A stretch of DNA of 28,180 nt, from positions 66,107-94,286 of IMG/VR virus record IMGVR_UViG_3300029822_000002, one strand, 5' to 3'. Origin of the DNA: a virus. Below the pieces are notes generated by a model, which was given only the letters and a program-made list of their open reading frames with translations, had not been told where the DNA came from and did not search any database. Within the stretch, counting starts at the first letter, position 1; every line of letters begins with the position of its first letter. Shown here in pieces: positions 11,181 to 21,150 of this stretch. Made by a program: the position numbers and the translations under genes.

Positions 11181-11656
11181 CCTTTTATTCTTTCTATTTC
11201 TATTTTTAAATCATTGGCTTTTTCATACTCTTCATTTTTAGCATAATCTAACATTTTATCATTTAAGATATTTATTTTTATGTGATATAAATTATTATTA
11301 TCAATATTTAAAATAAGTTCAAATAAATTATCTTTATATTGTTTAATTATTTCTTCTATATAGTAATCGACATTATCATTTATTATTTGTGATATTATCA
11401 TTTTGTATTTTTTGTCTTGATTAATTGTAATATCTTCTAGTTTATTGTAAATTCTATAAAATTCAATAATAATATCATTTATATTATCAATATTATCAAT
11501 ATTATCAATAATGTCAATGTTTTTATTATAAATATAGTTAAAGAAATACTTAATAATTATATTATTACTATTTAATTTTTCATCACTATATAATCCAATT
11601 AAACTAAGATAATTAAATGTTAAAATATTTATTTTATCTAATTCTTTTTTATCCAT
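11174..11656 (-). CDS. Hypothetical protein with C-terminal UvrB/UvrC (UVR) interaction motif
   Basis: MLDYAKNEEYEKANDLKIEI; contains (ATATTATCA)x3 at 11481-11507 encoding IDN repeats. Confidence 0.7.
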   Translation of the reverse strand: MDKKELDKINILTFNYLSLIGLYSDEKLNSNNIIIKYFFNYIYNKNIDIIDNIDNIDNINDIIIEFYRIYNKLEDITINQDKKYKMIISQIINDNVDYYIEEIIKQYKDNLFELILNIDNNNLYHIKINILNDKMLDYAKNEEYEKANDLKIEIERIKGV

Positions 11657-11719
11657 AATTATATAAAAATTGATTATATTTTTAATATATATAAATATAA
11701 ATTTAATTTATAAATATCA

Positions 11720-11747
11720 AAAAATGAGTTAATATATTTTATATATA
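11720..11747 (+). promoter_or_regulatory. Putative phage late promoter AAAAATGA-N13-ATATATA
   Basis: Same two boxes with identical spacing at 18565-18592 and 24044-24071. Confidence 0.6.
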
Positions 11748-11785
11748 GATTAGTTAATTAAAGTTTAAAAAATAAATATAACAAA

Positions 11786-14700
11786 ATGCCAATACAAGAA
11801 AAAGATTTAGGTAAATACAAAAGATCAGCTATTTATATCGAAGAGATCAACAATTCAATAATAGAATTACCAGCACAAAATGTACTGATAAATTTAGTAC
11901 CTGGTTTTTCTAAAAAAGGACCTGTTAATAGACCAGTCTATATAGATAATAGAATAGATTTTGAAAGAATATTTGGTACTGTTGATAGACAATTAGAAAG
12001 TAAAGGTTCATTCTTTCATAGAACTGTTATAAAAATGTTGGAAACTGGACCTGTTTGGGCACTTAATTTATTAAGAACTTTACCAAATAGAGATATTTTA
12101 AATTACGCATCTGTATCTACAAGTGCATTATATCCAAATTCAGATTTTACAAACTTAAAAACAGCTGATTATGAAAGATTTTTCAATAGACAAGATTTTT
12201 GGGAAAGAGATTCAGAATCATTCTTAGATGTTGTTAATGATCCAACGCCTGATAATGATAGATTAATTCATCTTACAAACATGGGTGATAAAAAAATAAC
12301 AACATTTATATTTAAATCGACACTAAGAGGGTTTGATATTACTGCTTCACAATGGTATGGTGGTGATGTAAAAGTTCCAGAATTTATACATCCAAATGAT
12401 TTAATATCAGATTATATGGTAACTGTTCTTGTATTAAGTGGTGACTGGACAAATTATAAAGATTTAAGCGTTAGTACAACATGGTCAAAATACTTTACTA
12501 CTAATGGTTTAATAACAGAAAACATTCAAGATTTTGTAAATGAAAGAAATGTTATAACATTAGGTGTATATGACGTTAGTTTAATACCTGATTTTAAAGA
12601 TATTAATGATAATGACATGTTTATTGAAAATATTATAAATAATAATACAGATAAAACTGGATTATTTTGTACATATAATAGAGATATCATACAAGACAAA
12701 AATGGATTAACTGAAAATATAGATTTAATTGGTGGAACATTAGTTGGACTTGATGTTAGTAATATAAACTTCTTATCATATAATCAATCAATTAAAGAAG
12801 ATATCGAATATTCTATAAAACATCTAGATTCTCCTAATAATACATTTGGTACTACATCTTTTGGTAATAGAACAAATGATTGGAATAACTGGACACAATC
12901 AGGAATAGAAAATGAAATTTTTAATTCTGGTACAATGTTATTATCATTTGATAGTGGAACATATATCATAAATGGAGTAGAATATGATATGTCTGCTCTA
13001 AGTATGAGTAATAGTGTCACTATAAGTAATGTTACTGTTGGAAATCAAAGAAAAGATGTTATATATTTAGATTCAACCGGTTTAAATGTTATGAATGGTT
13101 TAGAAAATTTATCAGGCGAAACATTTATAAATAGATCAATAACATTTGATAATAATAATACAATAATACTTGGAACATTAGAACTACAAAATAGCGGTGG
13201 TACATATATTCATTCATTTGATTATATCACTGAAAGTAATGATTTAAATACAATTGGTATAACAGCAACAGACGAAACAGATTATATTAAAATTGAATTT
13301 ATAGGAACTAGTGGAACAACAATATCTAATAATGAATATTTTAAATTGAGATTACAAAAGATATATAATGAAATATCTACTAATTTACAATTAAATAAAG
13401 GTGTTATTATTAACACTGATGGATTAAATAAAACTGAAATAATAGATATTAATTCATTGTCTTATACATCATCTAATAATTCACAAATTCATATATATGT
13501 TGATACACCTGCTGATTATATAAATTCTGGTAATATTTTATTATATTATATCGATGATGAATTTATATTAAGTAGTAATACAAATGAATTTGTTACAAAA
13601 TATGATAGTGATGTAAATGTTGTAGCTAAATATTCTAAATTTTATGAAGATTATTTTAACGGTATAATATCAAATGGAGATTATATTGATTATTTAGGTA
13701 CTAAAATTAAAATAAATATGTATCTAAATACTAATGATATATTAACTGTTAAAATAGAAGAATTTATTAATGGTAGTGCTGGTATAACAGTATCATCTGA
13801 TATTGGAAATTGGAAACAAACATTAGAAATAGAAGATTTAATAATAGAAGATGAAACAAATACCGTATCTATAAGAATTAATAAAGATAGATATTCTGAA
13901 ATTAAAAGAAATATGTATGTAGAAGCATATTATGACGAAGATGACACTACAACAGTACATAGAAAATTAACAAGAATAATAGATGTTAAGAATGATCCAG
14001 ACAATACGGATTTTAAAATTATTTATACTGATGCACCAATAGCAATTAAACATATTGATGGTTCAAGTAGATTATATACAATTGTTTATCCACCAGTTTA
14101 TCAATATGTTACTACATTGAAAGGTGTGGCATTAAAACCATTTGTTATTCATCAAGATTCTATACCTGATGGTACAGAGAATAGACAAAATAATATTTTA
14201 AATGTTATTTCTAAAAATACTTCACTGTATAATGGTTTAGTTAATAAGAATAAAATAAGTTGGAGATATTTAATTGATTCATTTGGTTTAGGATTAACAC
14301 AAAATTCAAAACAACAATATTTGGATCTTTGTGGTAAGAAACTAAATTGTTTTGGTTTTATAAATATGCCAAGTGCTAAACAATTTAAAAAATCAATAAA
14401 CCCAAGTTTTGTTAATGATGATGGATCATTAAATACCGAATATATTAAGAATGGTGCAAATGAAGATAAAAACCCAAATTTCAGATATACTTTTGGACAA
14501 GGTGTTGGTAGATCAACAGTTGGTTATTTCTTCCCATATGTTAGAGTAACAGAAGATAATATAACTAGATTTGTTCCACCTGCAGCAAATGTAGCAACTG
14601 CATATATGAGAAAATTCACTACTAGTGCTTCTGGTGTATATCCACATACAATAGTAGCCGGTGTTAATATGGGTAGAATACCTGACATAGCAGGAACAGA

Positions 14701-15160
14701 AATGGACTTTACTGATAATGATTTAGATAATTTATCAGATATGGGATGTAATCCAATTATGTTTATTAGAAATGTTGGTTATATAATAAGCGAAGAAAGC
14801 ACTGCTGAAGTTTTTCCTGTATCTAGCTTAAGTTACATACATTCAAGAGAAGTATTAATTGAACTTGAAAATGAATTATATGACATGTTATTAAGATATC
14901 AATGGAAATTCAATACACCTGGAATAAGAGCAGAAATAAAGTATAGAGCTGACATGATATGTCAAAGATATGTTGATATAGATGCATTATATGATTATAA
15001 GAATATATGTGACGAAACAAATAATACTAATTATATAATAGATTTACAGGGTGGAGTATTAGATACACATATTGAGATAATTAAAGGAATGGGATGGATT
15101 GTTAATAATATCACGATTGAAAAAACAGGTGGTATTAGTTCATCAGGTTTCCAACAATAA
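11786..15160 (+). CDS. Contractile tail sheath protein (T4 gp18-like) with large central insertion domains
   Basis: 1124 aa; AIYIEE...VPGFSKKGPVNRPV N-terminus; FFPYV..VPPAA, CNPI, SLSYIHSREVL and VLDTHIE in the C-terminal sheath domain; upstream of tube gene. Confidence 0.85.
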   Translation: MPIQEKDLGKYKRSAIYIEEINNSIIELPAQNVLINLVPGFSKKGPVNRPVYIDNRIDFERIFGTVDRQLESKGSFFHRTVIKMLETGPVWALNLLRTLPNRDILNYASVSTSALYPNSDFTNLKTADYERFFNRQDFWERDSESFLDVVNDPTPDNDRLIHLTNMGDKKITTFIFKSTLRGFDITASQWYGGDVKVPEFIHPNDLISDYMVTVLVLSGDWTNYKDLSVSTTWSKYFTTNGLITENIQDFVNERNVITLGVYDVSLIPDFKDINDNDMFIENIINNNTDKTGLFCTYNRDIIQDKNGLTENIDLIGGTLVGLDVSNINFLSYNQSIKEDIEYSIKHLDSPNNTFGTTSFGNRTNDWNNWTQSGIENEIFNSGTMLLSFDSGTYIINGVEYDMSALSMSNSVTISNVTVGNQRKDVIYLDSTGLNVMNGLENLSGETFINRSITFDNNNTIILGTLELQNSGGTYIHSFDYITESNDLNTIGITATDETDYIKIEFIGTSGTTISNNEYFKLRLQKIYNEISTNLQLNKGVIINTDGLNKTEIIDINSLSYTSSNNSQIHIYVDTPADYINSGNILLYYIDDEFILSSNTNEFVTKYDSDVNVVAKYSKFYEDYFNGIISNGDYIDYLGTKIKINMYLNTNDILTVKIEEFINGSAGITVSSDIGNWKQTLEIEDLIIEDETNTVSIRINKDRYSEIKRNMYVEAYYDEDDTTTVHRKLTRIIDVKNDPDNTDFKIIYTDAPIAIKHIDGSSRLYTIVYPPVYQYVTTLKGVALKPFVIHQDSIPDGTENRQNNILNVISKNTSLYNGLVNKNKISWRYLIDSFGLGLTQNSKQQYLDLCGKKLNCFGFINMPSAKQFKKSINPSFVNDDGSLNTEYIKNGANEDKNPNFRYTFGQGVGRSTVGYFFPYVRVTEDNITRFVPPAANVATAYMRKFTTSASGVYPHTIVAGVNMGRIPDIAGTEMDFTDNDLDNLSDMGCNPIMFIRNVGYIISEESTAEVFPVSSLSYIHSREVLIELENELYDMLLRYQWKFNTPGIRAEIKYRADMICQRYVDIDALYDYKNICDETNNTNYIIDLQGGVLDTHIEIIKGMGWIVNNITIEKTGGISSSGFQQ

Positions 15161-15175
15161 ATACTACATACATTT

Positions 15176-15206
15176 AAAAACCCTACTATTAATAGTAGGG
15201 TTTTTT
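15176..15206 (+). terminator. Intrinsic terminator
   Basis: Perfect palindrome AAAAACCCTACTATT/AATAGTAGGGTTTTT ending in a T run. Confidence 0.85.
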
Positions 15207-15257
15207 ATTAAACAATAATTATTATTTTATATATAAGTATAAAATAATCGGTGAAGT

Positions 15258-18182
15258 ATGGATAGGAAAAATAAATTTATAAAGTTATCAAATGAAAAAC
15301 ATAATAATTTCTATAAATATGATAAAATTAACTATATAAATAATAAAACTAAAGTAATAATTACTTGTCCAATTCATGGTGATTTTGAACAATGCCCATC
15401 TTCTCATTTGAAAGGTTATGGGTGTAGGAAATGTGCAAATGATAAAAAAAGATTAAATAAGGATGATGTTTTAGTTAGATTAAATTCTATTCATAACAAT
15501 AAATATAAATATACTGATTTAATATTTAATAAAAATAGTGATAAAATAAAAATAATATGTCCAGTTCACGGTGAGTTTAAACAAATATTATCAGATCATT
15601 TAAGTGGAAGAGGTTGTCCTGTTTGTGGTGGTACAAAACCTAAAGATATTTATGAATTTATTAAAAAATCTAATAATATACATAATTATAAATATGATTA
15701 TATTAATTTTAAATATGTTAATAATAAAACAAATGGTATAATAATATGCCCTGTTCACGGAGAGTTTAAACAAAGTCCAAATATACATTTAAGGGGGTTT
15801 GGTTGTCCAGAATGTAAAACAAGAAAATCAAATACGACAGAATATATAGAAAAAGCAAAAATAGTACATAATAATTATTATACATATAATAATTCTAATT
15901 ATAATGGTAGTGATAAGTATATAATTATAACATGTCCAATTCATGGAGATTTTAAACAAAGAGCAGCTGGTCATTTACAAGGGTTTGGTTGTAGTAAATG
16001 CAATAAGAGTAAAGGAGAAATTAAAATTGAAAAATTTTTAATTGATAATAATATAAAATACGAAACCCAAAAATATTTAGAAGGGTGCGATAATATTAAT
16101 AAATTATATTTTGATTTTTATTTACCTTTATATAATCTATGTATAGAATATGATGGTGAATTTCATTATAAAAAAATATTTGAAAATAATGATATAAATA
16201 AACAAATAGAAAGAGATAGTATTAAAAATGAATATTGTAAAATTAATAATATTAAATTAATTAGAGTATCATATAAAGATTTTAAAAATATTGATAAAAT
16301 TTTAAAAAACAATTTATTTATGAATAATATGTTAGAACAACCTGATCCATCTGGTAAATTATCAAAAGAATCATATTTAAAATTAAATTATAATGAATTA
16401 TATTTAAATATAATAGATTATAGTAAAAACAATAATATTGAATCAATACCTTTTAAAGAAAAAGTTTATTGTTATAAACATAATATTATTCCTCCTAAAT
16501 GTAACAATCCAAATTGTGATAATAACGTTAAGTTTAAAAATTCTACATTTGGTTATAAACATTACTGCTCAATTAAGTGTATTAGTTCTGATCCAAATAT
16601 TAAAGAAATAAAAAAACAAAAATCTTTAGAAAAATTTGGTACTAAAACACCTGCAGAATCTCAGATAATTAAAGATAAAATTATTAAAACTAATAACAAT
16701 AAGTATGGTTATAATTGTTCATTACAGAATGAAGATATAAAGGAAAAAAGTAAAAAAACTTTAATGAAAAATTACGGTGTTGATGTACCATTAAAATCTT
16801 CTATTATACAGAAGAGAAGAATAGATAATTTTGATGTTAAAAAGTGGCGTAAAAAATTTGAAGAAACGATGTTGGAAAAATATGGAGTTAAGCATGCATT
16901 ACAATCAGATATAATCAAAGAAAAAATTAAAAATACAAATATAAATAAGTATGGTGAAGATAATCCAAATAAAGTTAAAAAAATTATTGATAAACGATTA
17001 AATAGTAGAGATGAAAATACATGGCAAAAAAATCTAAAAAATACAATGTTAGATAGATACGGTGTTTCTAATGCAATGAACATTGAAAAATTTAGAAAAA
17101 ATATATCATTAACACAAAGATTAAAGGAAAAAGAAAATAATAATTTAATATTAGATATTGATATAGATAATAAACAATATATAATGAAATGTGATTGCAA
17201 TAAAGATCATAATTTTGAAATATCTTTCCCTTTATATAAAAGTAGAAAACAATTTAATTATAAGTATTGCACAGTGTGTTATCCACCTTATAAAAATAAT
17301 ATATCACAATTAGAAGTAGATTTATTAAATTTTATAAAAGAAAATTATAACGGTAAAATAATAGAAAATTCAAAAAATATCATTCCACCTTATGAACTAG
17401 ATGTTTATTTACCTGACTTAAAAGTAGCATTTGAATTTAACGGTGTTTATTGGCATAATGAATTAAATAAACCAAATGACTACCATAAAACAAAAACTGA
17501 TATGTGTTTAGAAAAAAATATTCAATTAATTCATATCTATGAAGACGAATGGGTTTATAAACAGGAAATAGTCAAATCAATGATATTAAATAAATTAAAT
17601 AAGACTAAATATAAAATATTTGCAAGAAAATGTCAGATAAAAGAAATAACTGATAATAATTTGATAAGAAAATTTTTAAATTCTAATCATATTCAGGGTT
17701 TTATTGGTTCAAAAATTAAAATTGGTTTATTTTATAATAATAAACTGGTTAGTTTAATGACATTTGGCCAGTTAAGGAGAAACATGAATTTAAAATCATC
17801 AATTAATAATTTTGAAATGTTAAGATTCTGTAATAAATTAAATACCAATGTTATTGGAGGAGCATCAAAGTTATTTAAATATTTTATAAATAAATATAAA
17901 CCAGAACAAGTTATAAGTTATGCAGATAGAAGTTATAGTAGTGGGTATTTATACTACAAATTAGGATTTGATATGTTAAGTATAACAAAACCAAATTATT
18001 ATTATGTTATTGATGATATCAGAAGATATAGATTTGATTTTAGAAAAGATATTTTAGTTAAACAAGGATATGATAAAAATATGACAGAGCATGATATAAT
18101 GTTAGAAAGAAAAATTTATAGAATTTATAATTCAGGTAATTATAAATTTTTATATATAAATAAAAATAAAAATAAAAGATGA
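15258..18182 (+). CDS. Homing-endonuclease-like fusion: 4 Zn-binding CPxHG repeats, Vsr/EDxHD-like nuclease, KYG repeats, second nuclease, GNAT-like tail
   Basis: 4x CPxHGxFxQxxxxHLxGxGCxxC; FDFYLP..IEYDGEFH; repeated (E/N)KYGV; ELDVYLP..FEFNGVYWH..IYEDEW; RFC..GGASKLF..SYADR..GYLYYKLGF. Confidence 0.75.
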   Translation: MDRKNKFIKLSNEKHNNFYKYDKINYINNKTKVIITCPIHGDFEQCPSSHLKGYGCRKCANDKKRLNKDDVLVRLNSIHNNKYKYTDLIFNKNSDKIKIICPVHGEFKQILSDHLSGRGCPVCGGTKPKDIYEFIKKSNNIHNYKYDYINFKYVNNKTNGIIICPVHGEFKQSPNIHLRGFGCPECKTRKSNTTEYIEKAKIVHNNYYTYNNSNYNGSDKYIIITCPIHGDFKQRAAGHLQGFGCSKCNKSKGEIKIEKFLIDNNIKYETQKYLEGCDNINKLYFDFYLPLYNLCIEYDGEFHYKKIFENNDINKQIERDSIKNEYCKINNIKLIRVSYKDFKNIDKILKNNLFMNNMLEQPDPSGKLSKESYLKLNYNELYLNIIDYSKNNNIESIPFKEKVYCYKHNIIPPKCNNPNCDNNVKFKNSTFGYKHYCSIKCISSDPNIKEIKKQKSLEKFGTKTPAESQIIKDKIIKTNNNKYGYNCSLQNEDIKEKSKKTLMKNYGVDVPLKSSIIQKRRIDNFDVKKWRKKFEETMLEKYGVKHALQSDIIKEKIKNTNINKYGEDNPNKVKKIIDKRLNSRDENTWQKNLKNTMLDRYGVSNAMNIEKFRKNISLTQRLKEKENNNLILDIDIDNKQYIMKCDCNKDHNFEISFPLYKSRKQFNYKYCTVCYPPYKNNISQLEVDLLNFIKENYNGKIIENSKNIIPPYELDVYLPDLKVAFEFNGVYWHNELNKPNDYHKTKTDMCLEKNIQLIHIYEDEWVYKQEIVKSMILNKLNKTKYKIFARKCQIKEITDNNLIRKFLNSNHIQGFIGSKIKIGLFYNNKLVSLMTFGQLRRNMNLKSSINNFEMLRFCNKLNTNVIGGASKLFKYFINKYKPEQVISYADRSYSSGYLYYKLGFDMLSITKPNYYYVIDDIRRYRFDFRKDILVKQGYDKNMTEHDIMLERKIYRIYNSGNYKFLYINKNKNKR

Positions 18183-18538
18183 AAAATATTAAAATGTTTA
18201 ATGATTTTAATTTATTTGAAAATATTAAATTAAATGATGATGAAAAAAAATATTTATGGTCTAAAATAGAATATAGAAAAAAGAAGAATGCTATAGAACA
18301 AGAGAATGATTTATTTAATTTATTAAATGGAAATAAAAAATCTTTTAACAATGATGAATTTAATTTAATTTTAAACTCACTAGAATATACTTTTAGAAAA
18401 AAATTAAAAAGACAAGACAAGCCAATTGATAATGAATATTTTATGAGTATATCAGATAAAATTCCAGATGATTGGGTAGGTATTAAATATTCATCTATAG
18501 ATGCTAAAAATAAGAAAGATCAAAAAGATAAAAAATAA
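18179..18538 (+). CDS. Hypothetical protein with CTS-like N-terminus
   Basis: 119 aa ORF starting MKNIKMFNDFNLFE. Confidence 0.7.
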   Translation: MKNIKMFNDFNLFENIKLNDDEKKYLWSKIEYRKKKNAIEQENDLFNLLNGNKKSFNNDEFNLILNSLEYTFRKKLKRQDKPIDNEYFMSISDKIPDDWVGIKYSSIDAKNKKDQKDKK

Positions 18539-18564
18539 GTATTATTTTTTTATATATAGTATAT

Positions 18565-18592
18565 AAAAATGATAAAATATATTTAATATATA
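18565..18592 (+). promoter_or_regulatory. Putative phage late promoter AAAAATGA-N13-ATATATA
   Basis: Nearly identical to the sheath upstream element (AAAAATGAnnnAATATATTTwATATATA). Confidence 0.6.
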
Positions 18593-18619
18593 CTAAAAGA
18601 AAAAATAATTAAAAATAAT

Positions 18620-19189
18620 ATGGGAGGATTACCACATTTTACAAACATTACAAGTCATAATAGCAAATGGGAACCAGTTTATAAGAATTTGTTTGAAGTA
18701 GAGATATTTTTACCTGGTGTTTTATCTGAAATACATGGAACAGATGGTAAATTATTATTATTAGAAAATTGTAAAAATGCTAAATTACCAACTTATCCTA
18801 CATTATCAACAACTGAACAAAGATATAAATATTCAACTAGAATATTTGTTGGTTTTCCTGAATCAACATCTGTTACTGGACTAGATTTAGTTTTTAATAT
18901 AAATCAGAATGATAATAAACAAATGTTCACATTTAGAATGATAAAAGATTGGTATGATTTAGCTTGGAATAATGAAGATGGTTCTTCAAATTATAAATCA
19001 ACAATGACAGGAACTATAATTGTATATCAACATGATAGGGAAGGTGTTATTATAAGAAGGGTTACTTATCATAATGCACAAATAACCGGATTTAATGTTG
19101 GTGAAGATTTAACATGGGCCGGGGGAGCTGATATTCAAGAACTTACCGCTAATTTTGTGGCTGATTTTTGGGAGGACTACTATTTCTAA
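18620..19189 (+). CDS. Tail tube protein (T4 gp19-like)
   Basis: 189 aa; EPVYKNLFEV, DWYDLAWN, YKSTMTGTIIVYQHDREG, LTANFVADFWE; position after sheath. Confidence 0.75.
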   Translation: MGGLPHFTNITSHNSKWEPVYKNLFEVEIFLPGVLSEIHGTDGKLLLLENCKNAKLPTYPTLSTTEQRYKYSTRIFVGFPESTSVTGLDLVFNINQNDNKQMFTFRMIKDWYDLAWNNEDGSSNYKSTMTGTIIVYQHDREGVIIRRVTYHNAQITGFNVGEDLTWAGGADIQELTANFVADFWEDYYF

Positions 19190-19236
19190 CTGGTTGATAA
19201 CGAAGTAGTTAAGAAAAATAATAAATTTACATCTAT

Positions 19237-19266
19237 AACCCCTTAGAAATGAGGGGTTTAATTTTA
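19237..19266 (+). terminator. Intrinsic terminator
   Basis: AACCCCTTA-GAAA-TGAGGGGTT stem with GNRA loop and T-rich tail. Confidence 0.75.
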
Positions 19267-19301
19267 ATATCTTAATAATTTATAAATTAATATATAATAT
19301 T

Positions 19302-19682
19302 ATGAAATATAATAGTTATAAAATATTAGTTGTTGATGATAACTTAACATTTGTTGAAACATTAAGTTACATGATAAAAACTATATTAGGTGATAAGTTA
19401 TTATTATTAGATAGTGCAAATAATGGTAAAATTGCTATAGAAAAGGCAATAAAAAATAATTATAATATAATATTTATGGATGTTAATATACCAGAAATGA
19501 ACGGTATATATGCAACTAAAATAATAAATAGAGAATTATATAGACAAACTAAAATAGTATGTATATCGTTTAATAGAGATTTTAATACATTAAATGATAT
19601 GATATTATCTGGTGCTGAAAATTATATATATAAAGATGAATTAACGATTGAAAAAATTGAAAAAATTTTCAACGAATTATAA
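19302..19682 (+). CDS. Single-domain response regulator (REC, CheY-like)
   Basis: ILVVDDN, IFMDVNIPEMNG (phosphoacceptor Asp), CISF, GAENYIYK. Confidence 0.9.
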   Translation: MKYNSYKILVVDDNLTFVETLSYMIKTILGDKLLLLDSANNGKIAIEKAIKNNYNIIFMDVNIPEMNGIYATKIINRELYRQTKIVCISFNRDFNTLNDMILSGAENYIYKDELTIEKIEKIFNEL

Positions 19683-19802
19683 TTTTTAGATTTTATATAT
19701 ACTAATATAAATATCCCAATTATTTTTTTACTTTTAAATATCAAATTAATTTTGTTGTGCCCACATATTATAAATATATAATATAAAAAATAAATTAAAT
19801 AT

Positions 19803-20762
19803 ATGAATGAAGAAATGCAAAATTCTAATAAAATGAATATAGAGAAGAAGAATGAAAAATATCTTGAATCAATATTAGGTGATGATAAAAAACCAATTAA
19901 AAATGAACAAAAATCAGAAAATATTAATATATCATCATCAGAATATAATAATATTAATTTAGATATTCTTCCAGCTGGAAATTTCTATAAAACAGGAACT
20001 AAAATATCAATAAGAGCTGCAAAAGTATCTGAAATTCAATCGTATTCAATGGTAGATGATAATAATTTTGTTGATATAACTGAAAAGATGAATGATTTAT
20101 TATCAAAAAATATTATATATTATCATCCAGATGGTACAAAGGGATCTTATAAAGATATAAAAGATGCTGATAGGATGTTTTTAATATTTATGATAAGAGA
20201 ATTAACATTCCAAGGTGGTAATACTTTAACTAAAGAAGTAGTTTGTTCAGGATGTGGACATGAATTTAATATTCCATTTAGATCAACACCTGGTCAATAT
20301 GGACCGTCAACATTTGAACTACATACACCAAATAAAAATATTTCAAGATTTTATAATAAAGAAGATAAAGTATATGAATTATTGAATAAGGGTGTATCAT
20401 GGAGATTAGCTCCTCCAACAATAGGAATACAAGAAGATTTTTATGATGAAATTAAAAGAAATGTACAATCTGATAAAAAACCGAATGTTGCATTTATGAA
20501 AGTAATGCCATTTTTACTTCATGATAGATCTTCAATTTCTGAAGATGGTATAAAAGCAAAATTAAAAGATTTTAATAATATGGATGATTTAATTCTTTTT
20601 CAAGGATTAAATGAAATAATAAATAACATGACAGTTGGTATAAAAGGATTAAAAATGAAATGTAGTGAGTGTGGCATGGAGGTCCACACTGAATTGACCT
20701 TTCCATCAGGGGCATCTAAACTATTTGAAATCCCAAATATCTTGGATAGATTCGGAAAATAA
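19803..20762 (+). CDS. Baseplate hub assembly / tail assembly chaperone-like protein (T4 gp26-like)
   Basis: LPAGNFY..ISIRAAKVSE, DRMFLIFMIRELTF, two CxxC (CSGC, CSEC), RLAPPTIG; tail-module context. Confidence 0.65.
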   Translation: MNEEMQNSNKMNIEKKNEKYLESILGDDKKPIKNEQKSENINISSSEYNNINLDILPAGNFYKTGTKISIRAAKVSEIQSYSMVDDNNFVDITEKMNDLLSKNIIYYHPDGTKGSYKDIKDADRMFLIFMIRELTFQGGNTLTKEVVCSGCGHEFNIPFRSTPGQYGPSTFELHTPNKNISRFYNKEDKVYELLNKGVSWRLAPPTIGIQEDFYDEIKRNVQSDKKPNVAFMKVMPFLLHDRSSISEDGIKAKLKDFNNMDDLILFQGLNEIINNMTVGIKGLKMKCSECGMEVHTELTFPSGASKLFEIPNILDRFGK

Positions 20763-21090
20763 AAACAATGAACTAAAATCAAGAATATTTGCACTATTTC
20801 AAACAAATATTTTAGATTTACTAAAGAATAAATTTCAATGGATGGTTCAACATAGTATACCAACAAATGTGGTAGATAATTGGTATTATTGGGAATATGA
20901 AGAATATATAAAATTATTAAATGAAAAGAATAAAGAGGAAAATGATGAAAAAGAAAAACAAGAGAAAACACAACAAGAAAAATATTCTAATATATCTAAT
21001 TTTAATCCAAATTCATTTACTAAACAATATAATCCATCTACAATGATGAATAAATTTGGAGGAAATAATTCAGCATTTCCAAGAATATAA
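20725..21090 (+). CDS. gp51-like / tail chaperone extension ORF; start uncertain, possibly expressed by frameshift
   Basis: FQWMVQHSIPTNVVDNWYYWEYEEYIKLL resembles the small ORFs following gp26-like genes; overlaps upstream gene in +1 frame, only TTG before the conserved-looking part. Confidence 0.6.
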   Translation: MKSQISWIDSENKNNELKSRIFALFQTNILDLLKNKFQWMVQHSIPTNVVDNWYYWEYEEYIKLLNEKNKEENDEKEKQEKTQQEKYSNISNFNPNSFTKQYNPSTMMNKFGGNNSAFPRI

Positions 21091-21120
21091 AAAGGAGAAT
21101 TTATTTCTCCTTTTATTTTT
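21090..21120 (+). terminator. Intrinsic terminator
   Basis: AAAAGGAGAA...TTCTCCTTTT plus T run. Confidence 0.75.
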
Positions 21121-21150
21121 TATATATACATTAAAATTAATTTTTAATAA

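Noticed and set aside
19187-19211. Imperfect palindrome TAACT...AGTTA after the tube gene as a recombination site
   Set aside because: Single weak copy, with no recombinase or partner site seen in the window
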